Assembly (NCBI RefSeq): GCF_009914755.1
Contig: NC_060939.1
Length of the DNA: 64,000 bases
Direction: 5' to 3' (one strand)
DNA from: the human T2T-CHM13v2.0 reference genome, Homo sapiens
The notes below the pieces were generated by a model. It did not search any database. It had not been told where the DNA came from and saw nothing but the letters and a program-made list of their open reading frames with translations. Position numbers and translations under genes: made by a program. Shown one piece after another: positions 40,201 through 52,663 of the stretch. The stretch's first letter is position 1. Every line of letters begins with the position of its first letter.

Positions 40201-41075
40201 ACTTTCTATTTGTAATCCCGTTTCCAACGAAATCCTCAGAACTATCGAAATTTCCAATTGCAGATTCCACAGAAACAGGGTTTCAAAGCTGCTCTGTAAA
40301 AAGAAAGGTTCAACTCTGTTAGTTGAATACACACGTCACAAACAAGTTTCTGAGAATGCTTCTGTCTAGTTTTTATGGGAAGATATTTCCTTTTTCACCG
40401 TAGGCCTCAAAGCGCTCCAAATGTCCACGTCCACATACTAAAAAAAGAGTGTTTCAAACCTGCTGTATGAAAGGGAATGTTCAACTCTATGAGTTGAATG
40501 CAAACATTACAAAGAAGTTTCTGAGAATGCTTCTGTCTAGATTTTATATGAAGGTTTTCCCGTTTCCAACGAAATTTTCAATGCTCTCAAAATATCCACT
40601 TGTAGATTCTACAAAAAGAGTGTTTCCAAACTGCTGTGTCAAAAGAAAGGTTCAACTCTGTTAGTTGAGGACACACATCACAAATAAGTTTCTGAGAATG
40701 CTTCTGTCTAGTTCTTATTTGAAGACATTTCCTTTCTCACCTTAGGCCTGAAAACGCTCGAAATATCCACTTCCAGATACGACAGAAACAGTGATTCAAA
40801 CCTGCTCTATGAAAGGGAATGTTCAACTAGGTGACTTGAATGCAAACATCACAAAGCAGTTTCTGAGAATGCTGCTGTCTACTTTCTATTTGTAATCCCG
40901 TTTCCAACGAAATCCTCAGAACTATCGAAATTTCCAATTGCAGATTCCACAAAAAGCGTGTTTCAAAGCTGCTCTGTAAAAAGAAAGGTTCAACTCTGTT
41001 AGTTGAATACACACGTCACAAACAAGTTTCTGAGAATGCTTCTGTCTAGTTTTTATGGGAAGATATTTCCTTTTT
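28291..41075 (-). repeat. Five consecutive 15-mer HOR copies (U11-U15)
   Basis: Markers at 28515, 31072, 33629, 36186, 38743 and 41300, each 2557 bp apart. Confidence 0.93.
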
Positions 41076-44000
41076 CACCGTAGGCCTCAAAGCGCTCCAA
41101 ATGTCCACTTCCACATACTACAAAAAGAGTGTTTCAAACCTGCTCTATGATAGGGAATGTTGAAACCTATGAGTTGAATGCAAGCATTACAAAGAGGTTT
41201 CTGAGAATGCTTCTGTCTAGATTTTATATGTAGATATTCCCGTTTCCAACGAAATCCTCAAAGCTATCCAAATATCAGCTTGCAGATTCTGCAAAAGGAA
41301 TGTTTCCAAAATGCTGTATCCAAACAAAGGTTCAACTCTGTGAATTGAGGGCATACATCACAAAGAAGATTCTGAGAATGCTTCTGTCTAGATTTTATAT
41401 GAAAATATTCCCGTTTCCAACGAAATCCTCAAAGCTATCCAAATATCCACTTGCAAATGCCACAAAAAGAGTGTTTCCAAACTGCTCTGTGAAAAGGAAG
41501 GTTCAACTCTGTTAGTTGAGTACACACATCACAAAGAGGTTTCTGAGAATGCTGCTGACTAGTTTTTATTTGAAGATATTTCCCTTTTCACCTTAGGCCT
41601 AAGAGTGCTCGAAATGTCCATTTCCACATACTCCACAAAGTGTGTTTCAAACGTGCTGTATGAAAGGGAATGTTCAACTCTATGAGTTGAATGCAAACAT
41701 CACAAAGAAGACTCTGAGAATGCTTTTGTCTAGATTTTATATGAAGATATTCCCGTGTCCAACGAAATTTTCAAAGGTCTCCAAATATCCATTTGTAGAT
41801 TCTACAAAAAGAGTGTTTCCAAACTGCTGTATCAAAACAAAGGTTGAACTCTGTGAGTTGAGGACACACATCACAAATAAGTTTCTGAGAATGCTTCTGT
41901 CTAGTTTTTATTTGAAGATGTTTCCTTTTTCACCATAGGCCTGAAAGCGCTCGAAATGTCCACTTCCAGATAGTACAGAAAGAGTGTTTCAAACCTGCTC
42001 TATGAACGGGAATGTTCAGCTCTGTGAGTTGAATGCAAACATCACAAAGCAGGTTCTGAGAATGCTTCCGTCTAGATTTTAAATGAGGATATTCCCGTTT
42101 CCAACGAAATCCTCGAAGCTATCCAAATATCCACTTGCAGATTCCACAAAAAGAGTGTTTCAAAACTGCTCTGTCAAAAGATAGGTTCAACTCTGTTAGT
42201 TGAGTACACACATGGCAAACAAGATTCCGAGAATGCTTTCGTCTAGTTTTTTTGGGAAGATATTTCCTTCTTCACCATAGGCCTCAAAGCGCTCCAAATA
42301 TCCATTTCCACATGCTATACAAAGAGTGTCTCAAACCTGCTGTATGAATGGGAATGTTCAACTCTATGAGTTGAATGCAAACATCACAAAGAAGTTTCTG
42401 AGAATGCTGCTGTCTAGATTTTATATGAAGGTTTTCCCGCTTCCAACGAAATTTTCAATGCTCTCAAAATATCCTCTTGTAGATTCTACAAAAAGAGTGT
42501 TTCCAAACTGCTGTATCAAAACAAAGGTTCATCTCTGTTAGTTGAGGACACACATCACAAATAAGTTTCTGAGAATGCTTCTGTCTAGTTCTTATTTGAA
42601 GACATTTCCTTTCTCACCTTAGGCCTGAAAGCGCTCGAAATACCCACTTCCAGATACTACAGAAACAGTGATTCAAACCTGCTCTATGAAAGGGAATGTT
42701 CAACTAGGTGACTTGAATGCAAACATCACAAAGCAGTTTCTGAGAATGCTGCTGTCTACTTTCTATTTGTAATCCCGTTTCCAACGAAATCCTCAGAACT
42801 ATCGAAATTTCCAATTGCAGATTCCACAGAAACAGGGTTTCAAAGCTGCTCTGTAAAAAGAAAGGTTCAACTCTGTTAGTTGAATACACACGTCACAAAC
42901 AAGTTTCTGAGAATGCTTCTGTCTAGTTTTTATGGGAAGATATTTCCTTTTTCACCGTAGGCCTCAAAGCGCTCCAAATGTCCACGTCCACATACTACAA
43001 AAAGAGTGTTTCAAACCTGCTGTATGAAAGGGAATGTTCAACTCTATGAGTTGAATGCAAACATTACAAAGAAGTTTCTGAGAATGCTTCTGTCTAGATT
43101 TTATATGAAGGTTTTCCCGTTTCCAACGAAATTTTCAATGCTCTCAAAATATCCACTTGTAGATTCTACAAAAAGAGTGTTTCCAAACTGCTGTGTCAAA
43201 AGAAAGGTTCAACTCTGTTAGTTGAGGACACACATCACAAATAAGTTTCTGAGAATGCTTCTGTCTAGTTCTTATTTGAAGACATTTCCTTTCTCACCTT
43301 AGGCCTGAAAACGCTCGAAATATCCACTTCCAGATACGACAGAAACAGTGATTCAAACCTGCTCTATGAAAGGGAATGTTCAACTAGGTGACTTGAATGC
43401 AAACATCACAAAGCAGTTTCTGAGAATGCTGCTGTCTACTTTCTATTTGTAATCCCGTTTCCAACGAAATCCTCAGAACTATCGAAATTTCCAATTGCAG
43501 ATTCCACAGAAACAGGGTTTCAAAGCTGCTCTGTAAAAAGAAAGGTTCAACTCTGTTAGTTGAATACACACGTCACAAACAAGTTTCTGAGAATGCTTCT
43601 GTCTAGTTTTTATGGGAAGATATTTCCTTTTTCACCGTAGGCCTCAAAGCGCTCCAAATGTCCACGTCCACATACTAAAAAAAGAGTGTTTCAAACCTGC
43701 TGTATGAAAGGGAATGTTCAACTCTATGAGTTGAATGCAAACATTACAAAGAAGTTTCTGAGAATGCTTCTGTCTAGATTTTATATGAAGGTTTTCCCTT
43801 TTCCAACGAAATTTTCAATGCTCTCAAAATATCCACTTGTAGATTCTACAAAAAGAGTGTTTCCAAACTGCTGTGTCAAAAGAAAGGTTCAACTCTGTTA
43901 GTTGAGGACACACATCACAAATAAGTTTCTGAGAATGCTTCTGTCTAGTTCTTATTTGAAGACATTTCCTTTCTCACCTTAGGCCTGAAAACGCTCGAAA

Positions 44001-44312
44001 TATCCACTTCCAGATACGACAGAAACAGTGATTCAAACCTGCTCTATGAAAGGGAATGTTCAACTAGGTGACTTGAATGCAAACATCACAAAGCAGTTTC
44101 TGAGAATGCTGCTGTCTACTTTCTATTTGTAATCCCGTTTCCAACGAAATCCTCAGAACTATCGAAATTTCCAATTGCAGATTCCACAAAAAGCGTGTTT
44201 CAAAGCTGCTCTGTAAAAAGAAAGGTTCAACTCTGTTAGTTGAATACACACGTCACAAACAAGTTTCTGAGAATGCTTCTGTCTAGTTTTTATGGGAAGA
44301 TATTTCCTTTTT
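41076..44312 (-). repeat. 19-mer HOR variant, type II, U16
   Basis: 3237-bp spacing. G>T at 43799. Confidence 0.92.
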
Positions 44313-47300
44313 CACCGTAGGCCTCAAAGCGCTCCAAATGTCCACTTCCACATACTACAAAAAGAGTGTTTCAAACCTGCTCTATGATAGGGAATGTTGA
44401 AACCTATGAGTTGAATGCAAGCATTACAAAGAGGTTTCTGAGAATGCTTCTGTCTAGATTTTATATGTAGATATTCCCGTTTCCAACGAAATCCTCAAAG
44501 CTATCCAAATATCAACTTGCAGATTCTACAAAAGGAATGTTTCCAAAATGCTGTATCCAAACAAAGGTTCAACTCTGTGAATTGAGGGCATACATCACAA
44601 AGAAGATTCTGAGAATGCTTCTGTCTAGATTTTATATGAAAATATTCCCGTTTCCAACGAAATCCTCAAAGCTATCCAAATATCCACTTGCAAATGCCAC
44701 AAAAAGAGTGTTTCCAAACTGCTCTGTGAAAATGAAGGTTCAACTCTGTTAGTTGAGTACACACATCACAAAGAGGTTTCTGAGAATGCTGCTGACTAGT
44801 TTTTATTTGAAGATATTTCCCTTTTCACCTTAGGCCTAAGAGTGCTCGAAATGTCCATTTCCACATACTCCACAAAGTGTGTTTCAAACGTGCTGTATGA
44901 AAGGGAATGTTCAACTCTATGAGTTGAATGCAAACATCACAAAGAAGATTCTGAGAATGCTTTTGTCTAGATTTTATATGAAGATATTCCCGTGTCCAAC
45001 GAAATTTTCAAAGGTCTCCAAATATCCATTTGTAGATTCTACAAAAAGAGTGTTTCCAAACTGCTGTATCAAAACAAAGGTTGAACTCTGTGAGTTGAGG
45101 ACACACATCACAAATAAGTTTCTGAGAATGCTTCTGTCTAGTTTTTATTTGAAGATGTTTCCTTTTTCACCATAGGCCTGAAAGCGCTCGAAATGTCCAC
45201 TTCCAGATAGTACAGAAAGAGTGTTTCAAACCTGCTCTATGAACGGGAATGTTCAGCTCTGTGAGTTGAATGCAAACATCACAAAGCAGGTTCTGAGAAT
45301 GCTTCCGTCTAGATTTTAAATGAGGATATTCCCGTTTCCAACGAAATCCTCGAAGCTATCCAAATATCCACTTGCAGATTCCACAAAAAGAGTGTTTCAA
45401 AACTGCTCTGTCAAAAGATAGGTTCAACTCTGTTAGTTGAGTACACACATGGCAAACAAGATTGCGAGAATGCTTTCGTCTAGTTTTTTTGGGAAGATAT
45501 TTCCTTCTTCACCATAGGCCTCAAAGCGCTCCAAATATCCATTTCCACATGCTATACAAAGAGTGTCTCAAACCTGCTGTATGAATGGGAATGTTCAACT
45601 CTATGAGTTGAATGCAAACATCACAAAGAAGTTTCTGAGAATGCTGCTGTCTAGATTTTATATGAAGGTTTTCCCGCTTCCAACGAAATTTTCAATGCTC
45701 TCAAAATATCCTCTTGTAGATTCTACAAAAAGAGTGTTTCCAAACTGCTGTATCAAAACAAAGGTTCATCTCTGTTAGTTGAGGACACACATCACAAATA
45801 AGTTTCTGAGAATGCTTCTGTCTAGTTCTTATTTGAAGACATTTCCTTTCTCACCTTAGGCCTGAAAGCGCTCGAAATACCCACTTCCAGATACTACAGA
45901 AACAGTGATTCAAACCTGCTCTATGAAAGGGAATGTTCAACTAGGTGACTTGAATGCAAACATCACAAAGCAGTTTCTGAGAATGCTGCTGTCTACTTTC
46001 TATTTGTAATCCCGTTTCCAACGAAATCCTCAGAACTATCGAAATTTCCAATTGCAGATTCCACAGAAACAGGGTTTCAAAGCTGCTCTGTAAAAAGAAA
46101 GGTTCAACTCTGTTAGTTGAATACACACGTCACAAACAAGTTTCTGAGAATGCTTCTGTCTAGTTTTTATGGGAAGATATTTCCTTTTTCACCGTAGGCC
46201 TCAAAGCGCTCCAAATGTCCACGTCCACATACTACAAAAAGAGTGTTTCAAACCTGCTGTATGAAAGGGAATGTTCAACTCTATGAGTTGAATGCAAACA
46301 TTACAAAGAAGTTTCTGAGAATGCTTCTGTCTAGATTTTATATGAAGGTTTTCCCGTTTCCAACGAAATTTTCAATGCTCTCAAAATATCCACTTGTAGA
46401 TTCTACAAAAAGAGTGTTTCCAAACTGCTGTGTCAAAAGAAAGGTTCAACTCTGTTAGTTGAGGACACACATCACAAATAAGTTTCTGAGAATGCTTCTG
46501 TCTAGTTCTTATTTGAAGACATTTCCTTTCTCACCTTAGGCCTGAAAACGCTCGAAATATCCACTTCCAGATACGACAGAAACAGTGATTCAAACCTGCT
46601 CTATGAAAGGGAATGTTCAACTAGGTGACTTGAATGCAAACATCACAAAGCAGTTTCTGAGAATGCTGCTGTCTACTTTCTATTTGTAATCCCGTTTCCA
46701 ACGAAATCCTCAGAACTATCGAAATTTCCAATTGCAGATTCCACAAAAAGCGTGTTTCAAAGCTGCTCTGTAAAAAGAAAGGTTCAACTCTGTTAGTTGA
46801 ATACACATGTCACAAACAAGTTTCTGAGAATGCTTCTGTCTAGTTTTTATGGGAAGATATTTCCTTTTTCACCGTAGGCCTCAAAGCGCTCCAAATGTCC
46901 ACTTCCACATACTACAAAAAGAGTGTTTCAAACCTGCTCTATGATAGGGAATGTTGAAACCTATGAGTTGAATGCAAGCATTACAAAGAGGTTTCTGAGA
47001 ATGCTTCTGTCTAGATTTTATATGTAGATATTCCCGTTTCCAACGAAATCCTCAAAGCTATCCAAATATCAACTTGCAGATTCTACAAAAGGAATGTTTC
47101 CAAAATGCTGTATCCAAACAAAGGTTCAACTCTGTGAATTGAGGGCATACATCACAAAGAAGATTCTGAGAATGCTTCTGTCTAGATTTTATATGAAAAT
47201 ATTCCCGTTTCCAACGAAATCCTCAAAGCTATCCAAATATCCACTTGCAAATGCCACAAAAAGAGTGTTTCCAAACTGCTCTGTGAAAAGGAAGGTTCAA

Positions 47301-49426
47301 CTCTGTTAGTTGAGTACACACATCACAAAGAGGTTTCTGAGAATGCTGCTGACTAGTTTTTATTTGAAGATATTTCCCTTTTCACCTTAGGCCTAAGAGT
47401 GCTCGAAATGTCCATTTCCACATACTCCACAAAGTGTGTTTCAAACGTGCTGTATGAAAGGGAATGTTCAACTCTATCAGTTGAATGCAAACATCACAAA
47501 GAAGACTCTGAGAATGCTTTTGTCTAGATTTTATATGAAGATATTCCCGTGTCCAACGAAATTTTCAAAGGTCTCCAAATATCCATTTGTAGATTCTACA
47601 AAAAGAGTGTTTCCAAACTGCTGTATCAAAACAAAGGTTGAACTCTGTGAGTTGAGGACACACATCACAAATAAGTTTCTGAGAATGCTTCTGTCTAGTT
47701 TTTATTTGAAGATGTTTCCTTTTTCACCATAGGCCTGAAAGCGCTCGAAATGTCCACTTCCAGATAGTACAGAAAGAGTGTTTCAAACCTGCTCTATGAA
47801 CGGGAATGTTCAGCTCTGTGAGTTGAATGCAAACATCACAAAGCAGGTTCTGAGAATGCTTCCGTCTAGATTTTAAATGAGGATATTCCCGTTTCCAACG
47901 AAATCCTCGAAGCTATCCAAATATCCACTTGCAGATTCCACAAAAAGAGTGTTTCAAAACTGCTCTGTCAAAAGATAGGTTCAACTCTGTTAGTTGAGTA
48001 CACACATGGCAAACAAGATTGCGAGAATGCTTTCGTCTAGTTTTTTTGGGAAGATATTTCCTTCTTCACCATAGGCCTCAAAGCGCTCCAAATATCCATT
48101 TCCACATGCTATACAAAGAGTGTCTCAAACCTGCTGTATGAATGGGAATGTTCAACTCTATGAGTTGAATGCAAACATCACAAAGAAGTTTCTGAGAATG
48201 CTGCTGTCTAGATTTTATATGAAGGTTTTCCCGCTTCCAACGAAATTTTCAATGCTCTCAAAATATCCTCTTGTAGATTCTACAAAAAGAGTGTTTCCAA
48301 ACTGCTGTATCAAAACAAAGGTTCATCTCTGTTAGTTGAGGACACACATCACAAATAAGTTTCTGAGAATGCTTCTGTCTAGTTCTTATTTGAAGACATT
48401 TCCTTTCTCACCTTAGGCCTGAAAGCGCTCGAAATACCCACTTCCAGATACTACAGAAACAGTGATTCAAACCTGCTCTATGAAAGGGAATGTTCAACTA
48501 GGTGACTTGAATGCAAACATCACAAAGCAGTTTCTGAGAATGCTGCTGTCTACTTTCTATTTGTAATCCCGTTTCCAACGAAATCCTCAGAACTATCGAA
48601 ATTTCCAATTGCAGATTCCACAGAAACAGGGTTTCAAAGCTGCTCTGTAAAAAGAAAGGTTCAACTCTGTTAGTTGAATACACACGTCACAAACAAGTTT
48701 CTGAGAATGCTTCTGTCTAGTTTTTATGGGAAGATATTTCCTTTTTCACCGTAGGCCTCAAAGCGCTCCAAATGTCCACGTCCACATACTAAAAAAAGAG
48801 TGTTTCAAACCTGCTGTATGAAAGGGAATGTTCAACTCTATGAGTTGAATGCAAACATTACAAAGAAGTTTCTGAGAATGCTTCTGTCTAGATTTTATAT
48901 GAAGGTTTTCCCGTTTCCAACGAAATTTTCAATGCTCTCAAAATATCCACTTGTAGATTCTACAAAAAGAGTGTTTCCAAACTGCTGTGTCAAAAGAAAG
49001 GTTCAACTCTGTTAGTTGAGGACACACATCACAAATAAGTTTCTGAGAATGCTTCTGTCTAGTTCTTATTTGAAGACATTTCCTTTCTCACCTTAGGCCT
49101 GAAAACGCTCGAAATATCCACTTCCAGATACGACAGAAACAGTGATTCAAACCTGCTCTATGAAAGGGAATGTTCAACTATGTGACTTGAATGCAAACAT
49201 CACAAAGCAGTTTCTGAGAATGCTGCTGTCTACTTTCTATTTGTAATCCCGTTTCCAACGAAATCCTCAGAACTATCGAAATTTCCAATTGCAGATTCCA
49301 CAAAAAGCGTGTTTCAAAGCTGCTCTGTAAAAAGAAAGGTTCAACTCTGTTAGTTGAATACACACGTCACAAACAAGTTTCTGAGAATGCTTCTGTCTAG
49401 TTTTTATGGGAAGATATTTCCTTTTT
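44313..49426 (-). repeat. Two 15-mer HOR copies (U17, U18)
   Basis: Marker spacing 44537->47094->49651. Confidence 0.93.
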
Positions 49427-52400
49427 CACCGTAGGCCTCAAAGCGCTCCAAATGTCCACTTCCACATACTACAAAAAGAGTGTTTCAAACCTGCTCTATG
49501 ATAGGGAATGTTGAAACCTATGAGTTGAATGCAAGCATTACAAAGAGGTTTCTGAGAATGCTTCTGTCTAGATTTTATATGTAGATATTCCCGTTTCCAA
49601 CGAAATCCTCAAAGCTATCCAAATATCAGCTTGCAGATTCTGCAAAAGGAATGTTTCCAAAATGCTGTATCCAAACAAAGGTTCAACTCTGTGAATTGAG
49701 GGCATACATCACAAAGAAGATTCTGAGAATGCTTCTGTCTAGATTTTATATGAAAATATTCCCGTTTCCAACGAAATCCTCAAAGCTATCCAAATATCCA
49801 CTTGCAAATGCCACAAAAAGAGTGTTTCCAAACTGCTCTGTGAAAAGGAAGGTTCAACTCTGTTAGTTGAGTACACACATCACAAAGAGGTTTCTGAGAA
49901 TGCTGCTGACTAGTTTTTATTTGAAGATATTTCCCTTTTCACCTTAGGCCTAAGAGTGCTCGAAATGTCCATTTCCACATACTCCACAAAGTGTGTTTCA
50001 AACGTGCTGTATGAAAGGGAATGTTCAACTCTATGAGTTGAATGCAAACATCACAAAGAAGATTCTGAGAATGCTTTTGTCTAGATTTTATATGAAGATA
50101 TTCCCGTGTCCAACGAAATTTTCAAAGGTCTCCAAATATCCATTTGTAGATTCTACAAAAAGAGTGTTTCCAAACTGCTGTATCAAAACAAAGGTTGAAC
50201 TCTGTGAGTTGAGGACACACATCACAAATAAGTTTCTGAGAATGCTTCTGTCTAGTTTTTATTTGAAGATGTTTCCTTTTTCACCATAGGCCTGAAAGCG
50301 CTCGAAATGTCCACTTCCAGATAGTACAGAAAGAGTGTTTCAAACCTGCTCTATGAACGGGAATGTTCAGCTCTGTGAGTTGAATGCAAACATCACAAAG
50401 CAGGTTCTGAGAATGCTTCCGTCTAGATTTTAAATGAGGATATTCCCGTTTCCAACGAAATCCTCGAAGCTATCCAAATATCCACTTGCAGATTCCACAA
50501 AAAGAGTGTTTCAAAACTGCTCTGTCAAAAGATAGGTTCAACTCTGTTAGTTGAGTACACACATGGCAAACAAGATTGCGAGAATGCTTTCGTCTAGTTT
50601 TTTTGGGAAGATATTTCCTTCTTCACCATAGGCCTCAAAGCGCTCCAAATATCCATTTCCACATGCTATACAAAGAGTGTCTCAAACCTGCTGTATGAAT
50701 GGGAATGTTCAACTCTATGAGTTGAATGCAAACATCACAAAGAAGTTTCTGAGAATGCTGCTGTCTAGATTTTATATGAAGGTTTTCCCGCTTCCAACGA
50801 AATTTTCAATGCTCTCAAAATATCCTCTTGTAGATTCTACAAAAAGAGTGTTTCCAAACTGCTGTATCAAAACAAAGGTTCATCTCTGTTAGTTGAGGAC
50901 ACACATCACAAATAAGTTTCTGAGAATGCTTCTGTCTAGTTCTTATTTGAAGACATTTCCTTTCTCACCTTAGGCCTGAAAGCGCTCGAAATACCCACTT
51001 CCAGATACTACAGAAACAGTGATTCAAACCTGCTCTATGAAAGGGAATGTTCAACTAGGTGACTTGAATGCAAACATCACAAAGCAGTTTCTGAGAATGC
51101 TGCTGTCTACTTTCTATTTGTAATCCCGTTTCCAACGAAATCCTCAGAACTATCGAAATTTCCAATTGCAGATTCCACAGAAACAGGGTTTCAAAGCTGC
51201 TCTGTAAAAAGAAAGGTTCAACTCTGTTAGTTGAATACACACGTCACAAACAAGTTTCTGAGAATGCTTCTGTCTAGTTTTTATGGGAAGATATTTCCTT
51301 TTTCACCGTAGGCCTCAAAGCGCTCCAAATGTCCACGTCCACATACTACAAAAAGAGTGTTTCAAACCTGCTGTATGAAAGGGAATGTTCAACTCTATGA
51401 GTTGAATGCAAACATTACAAAGAAGTTTCTGAGAATGCTTCTGTCTAGATTTTATATGAAGGTTTTCCCGTTTCCAACGAAATTTTCAATGCTCTCAAAA
51501 TATCCACTTGTAGATTCTACAAAAAGAGTGTTTCCAAACTGCTGTGTCAAAAGAAAGGTTCAACTCTGTTAGTTGAGGACACACATCACAAATAAGTTTC
51601 TGAGAATGCTTCTGTCTAGTTCTTATTTGAAGACATTTCCTTTCTCACCTTAGGCCTGAAAACGCTCGAAATATCCACTTCCAGATACGACAGAAACAGT
51701 GATTCAAACCTGCTCTATGAAAGGGAATGTTCAACTAGGTGACTTGAATGCAAACATCACAAAGCAGTTTCTGAGAATGCTGCTGTCTACTTTCTATTTG
51801 TAATCCCGTTTCCAACGAAATCCTCAGAACTATCGAAATTTCCAATTGCAGATTCCACAGAAACAGGGTTTCAAAGCTGCTCTGTAAAAAGAAAGGTTCA
51901 ACTCTGTTAGTTGAATACACACGTCACAAACAAGTTTCTGAGAATGCTTCTGTCTAGTTTTTATGGGAAGATATTTCCTTTTTCACCGTAGGCCTCAAAG
52001 CGCTCCAAATGTCCACGTCCACATACTAAAAAAAGAGTGTTTCAAACCTGCTGTATGAAAGGGAATGTTCAACTCTATGAGTTGAATGCAAACATTACAA
52101 AGAAGTTTCTGAGAATGCTTCTGTCTAGATTTTATATGAAGGTTTTCCCTTTTCCAACGAAATTTTCAATGCTCTCAAAATATCCACTTGTAGATTCTAC
52201 AAAAAGAGTGTTTCCAAACTGCTGTGTCAAAAGAAAGGTTCAACTCTGTTAGTTGAGGACACACATCACAAATAAGTTTCTGAGAATGCTTCTGTCTAGT
52301 TCTTATTTGAAGACATTTCCTTTCTCACCTTAGGCCTGAAAACGCTCGAAATATCCACTTCCAGATACGACAGAAACAGTGATTCAAACCTGCTCTATGA

Positions 52401-52663
52401 AAGGGAATGTTCAACTAGGTGACTTGAATGCAAACATCACAAAGCAGTTTCTGAGAATGCTGCTGTCTACTTTCTATTTGTAATCCCGTTTCCAACGAAA
52501 TCCTCAGAACTATCGAAATTTCCAATTGCAGATTCCACAAAAAGCGTGTTTCAAAGCTGCTCTGTAAAAAGAAAGGTTCAACTCTGTTAGTTGAATACAC
52601 ACGTCACAAACAAGTTTCTGAGAATGCTTCTGTCTAGTTTTTATGGGAAGATATTTCCTTTTT
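49427..52663 (-). repeat. 19-mer HOR variant, type II, U19
   Basis: 3237-bp spacing. G>T at 52150. Confidence 0.92.
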
